From Asticcacaulis sp. (lineage in GTDB: Bacteria > Pseudomonadota > Alphaproteobacteria > Caulobacterales > Caulobacteraceae): a stretch of 35,451 nucleotides of DNA. How positions within the stretch are numbered: position 1 is the first letter of the stretch; each line of letters begins with the position of its first letter. A program made the translations under genes and the position numbers. The DNA is taken from positions 1 to 35,451 of the forward strand of contig JBKBWB010000001.1 in assembly GCA_046289215.1 (NCBI GenBank), in the 5' to 3' direction. The notes beneath the pieces were generated by a model. It saw only the letters and a program-made list of their open reading frames with translations, was not told where the DNA came from and searched no databases. Positions 34,844-35,451 of this stretch are shown in pieces.

Positions 34844-35449
34844 CTAGTATAGGAGTTTTATACCCTCTTCAAAGCTCTGGCGGGCGGCGTCCAGGATCGA
34901 TGATCTCGCCGTCAATTCTTTTGGAATCATGCGTAACGGCGCCAGGCTCTCAAAGGCTGTAGATACGGGGTCCATTAGGCTGGAGACTTGATGCGCCCAC
35001 GCCAGTAAGCGCTCTGCTTCGGGGTCGACGAATGTCTCGCCTGTGTCGTACCGCATGTGGATGAAAGCCAGCCAAGACCCGATCACCCGGGCAAAGGGCT
35101 TGGGATCGTGCCCTTGGGAACAGGCCAAGAGCATGGGGTCGATGATCCGTACTGGAATTTTCTGAGAACCATCCCACGCGATCTGCGCTAATTGATGCGC
35201 CAATTCGGGGTTCTCAAATCGAGCCCAAATCTGATGGGCATAGTCTTCGAGTGGCAGTCCAGGCAGAGGCTCAAGCAGTGGCAGAACAGCGTCCACCATC
35301 AGGCTCTGGACTGTACGGCGCAGGTCAGGATCTGAAGCGGCTTCTGCGACCGTCTTCATGCCCCGTAATTGGCCCGCATAGGCCAAGGCCGAATGGGCCC
35401 CGTTCAGTACCCAAAGCTTGGCGCGGGCGAATGGCGAGAGGCTATCGCA
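34844..35449 (-). CDS. Mannitol-dehydrogenase-family oxidoreductase (UxuB/UxaB-like hexuronate pathway enzyme), 5'-truncated by window edge
   Basis: The frame stays open to the window edge: AKLWVLNGAHSALAYAG, RFENPELAH and QIAWDGSQKIPVR. Pectin context. Confidence 0.88.
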   Translation of the reverse strand, partial: CDSLSPFARAKLWVLNGAHSALAYAGQLRGMKTVAEAASDPDLRRTVQSLMVDAVLPLLEPLPGLPLEDYAHQIWARFENPELAHQLAQIAWDGSQKIPVRIIDPMLLACSQGHDPKPFARVIGSWLAFIHMRYDTGETFVDPEAERLLAWAHQVSSLMDPVSTAFESLAPLRMIPKELTARSSILDAARQSFEEGIKLLY

Positions 35450-35451
35450 GA

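Noticed and set aside
1-35451. CRISPR arrays, IS/transposases, integrases, prophage genes, tRNA/rRNA, defence systems
   Set aside because: I saw no regularly spaced repeats, DDE or tyrosine-recombinase motifs, or structural RNA signatures. Nearly all the sequence is explained by metabolic genes.

Overview
GC-rich alphaproteobacterial DNA that looks like Caulobacteraceae (taxon is an inference from gene content and codon style). It is mostly nutrient-scavenging loci with four TonB-dependent receptors (TBDRs). In order: (1) the 3' end of cydB plus cydX; (2) a sucrose-utilisation locus (ROK kinase, GH13 sucrose hydrolase/amylosucrase, TBDR, MFS transporter, LacI repressor, operators); (3) a sulfur-detoxification operon (persulfide dioxygenase, DUF442 sulfurtransferase, TauE exporter); (4) a phosphorus-scavenging region (secreted alkaline-phosphatase-superfamily enzyme, TBDR with a Pho-box-like promoter and long structured leader, LamG/Fn3 metallophosphoesterase with an atypical GNGE motif, SDR, Oar-like TBDR with an AT-rich 5' end, LysR, PhnZ-like HD oxygenase with no PhnY, methyltransferase); (5) a pectin/hexuronate locus (TBDR, PL10, GH43, CE12, carboxylesterase, PL1, partial mannitol-dehydrogenase-family oxidoreductase) sharing a GACACCGGTGTC palindrome. 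I saw no rRNA, tRNA, CRISPR array or transposase. The best candidate for an undescribed system is region 4, a possible TBDR-fed phosphonate-ester scavenging pathway ending in a variant PhnZ. That reading is an inference and needs synteny and biochemical tests.
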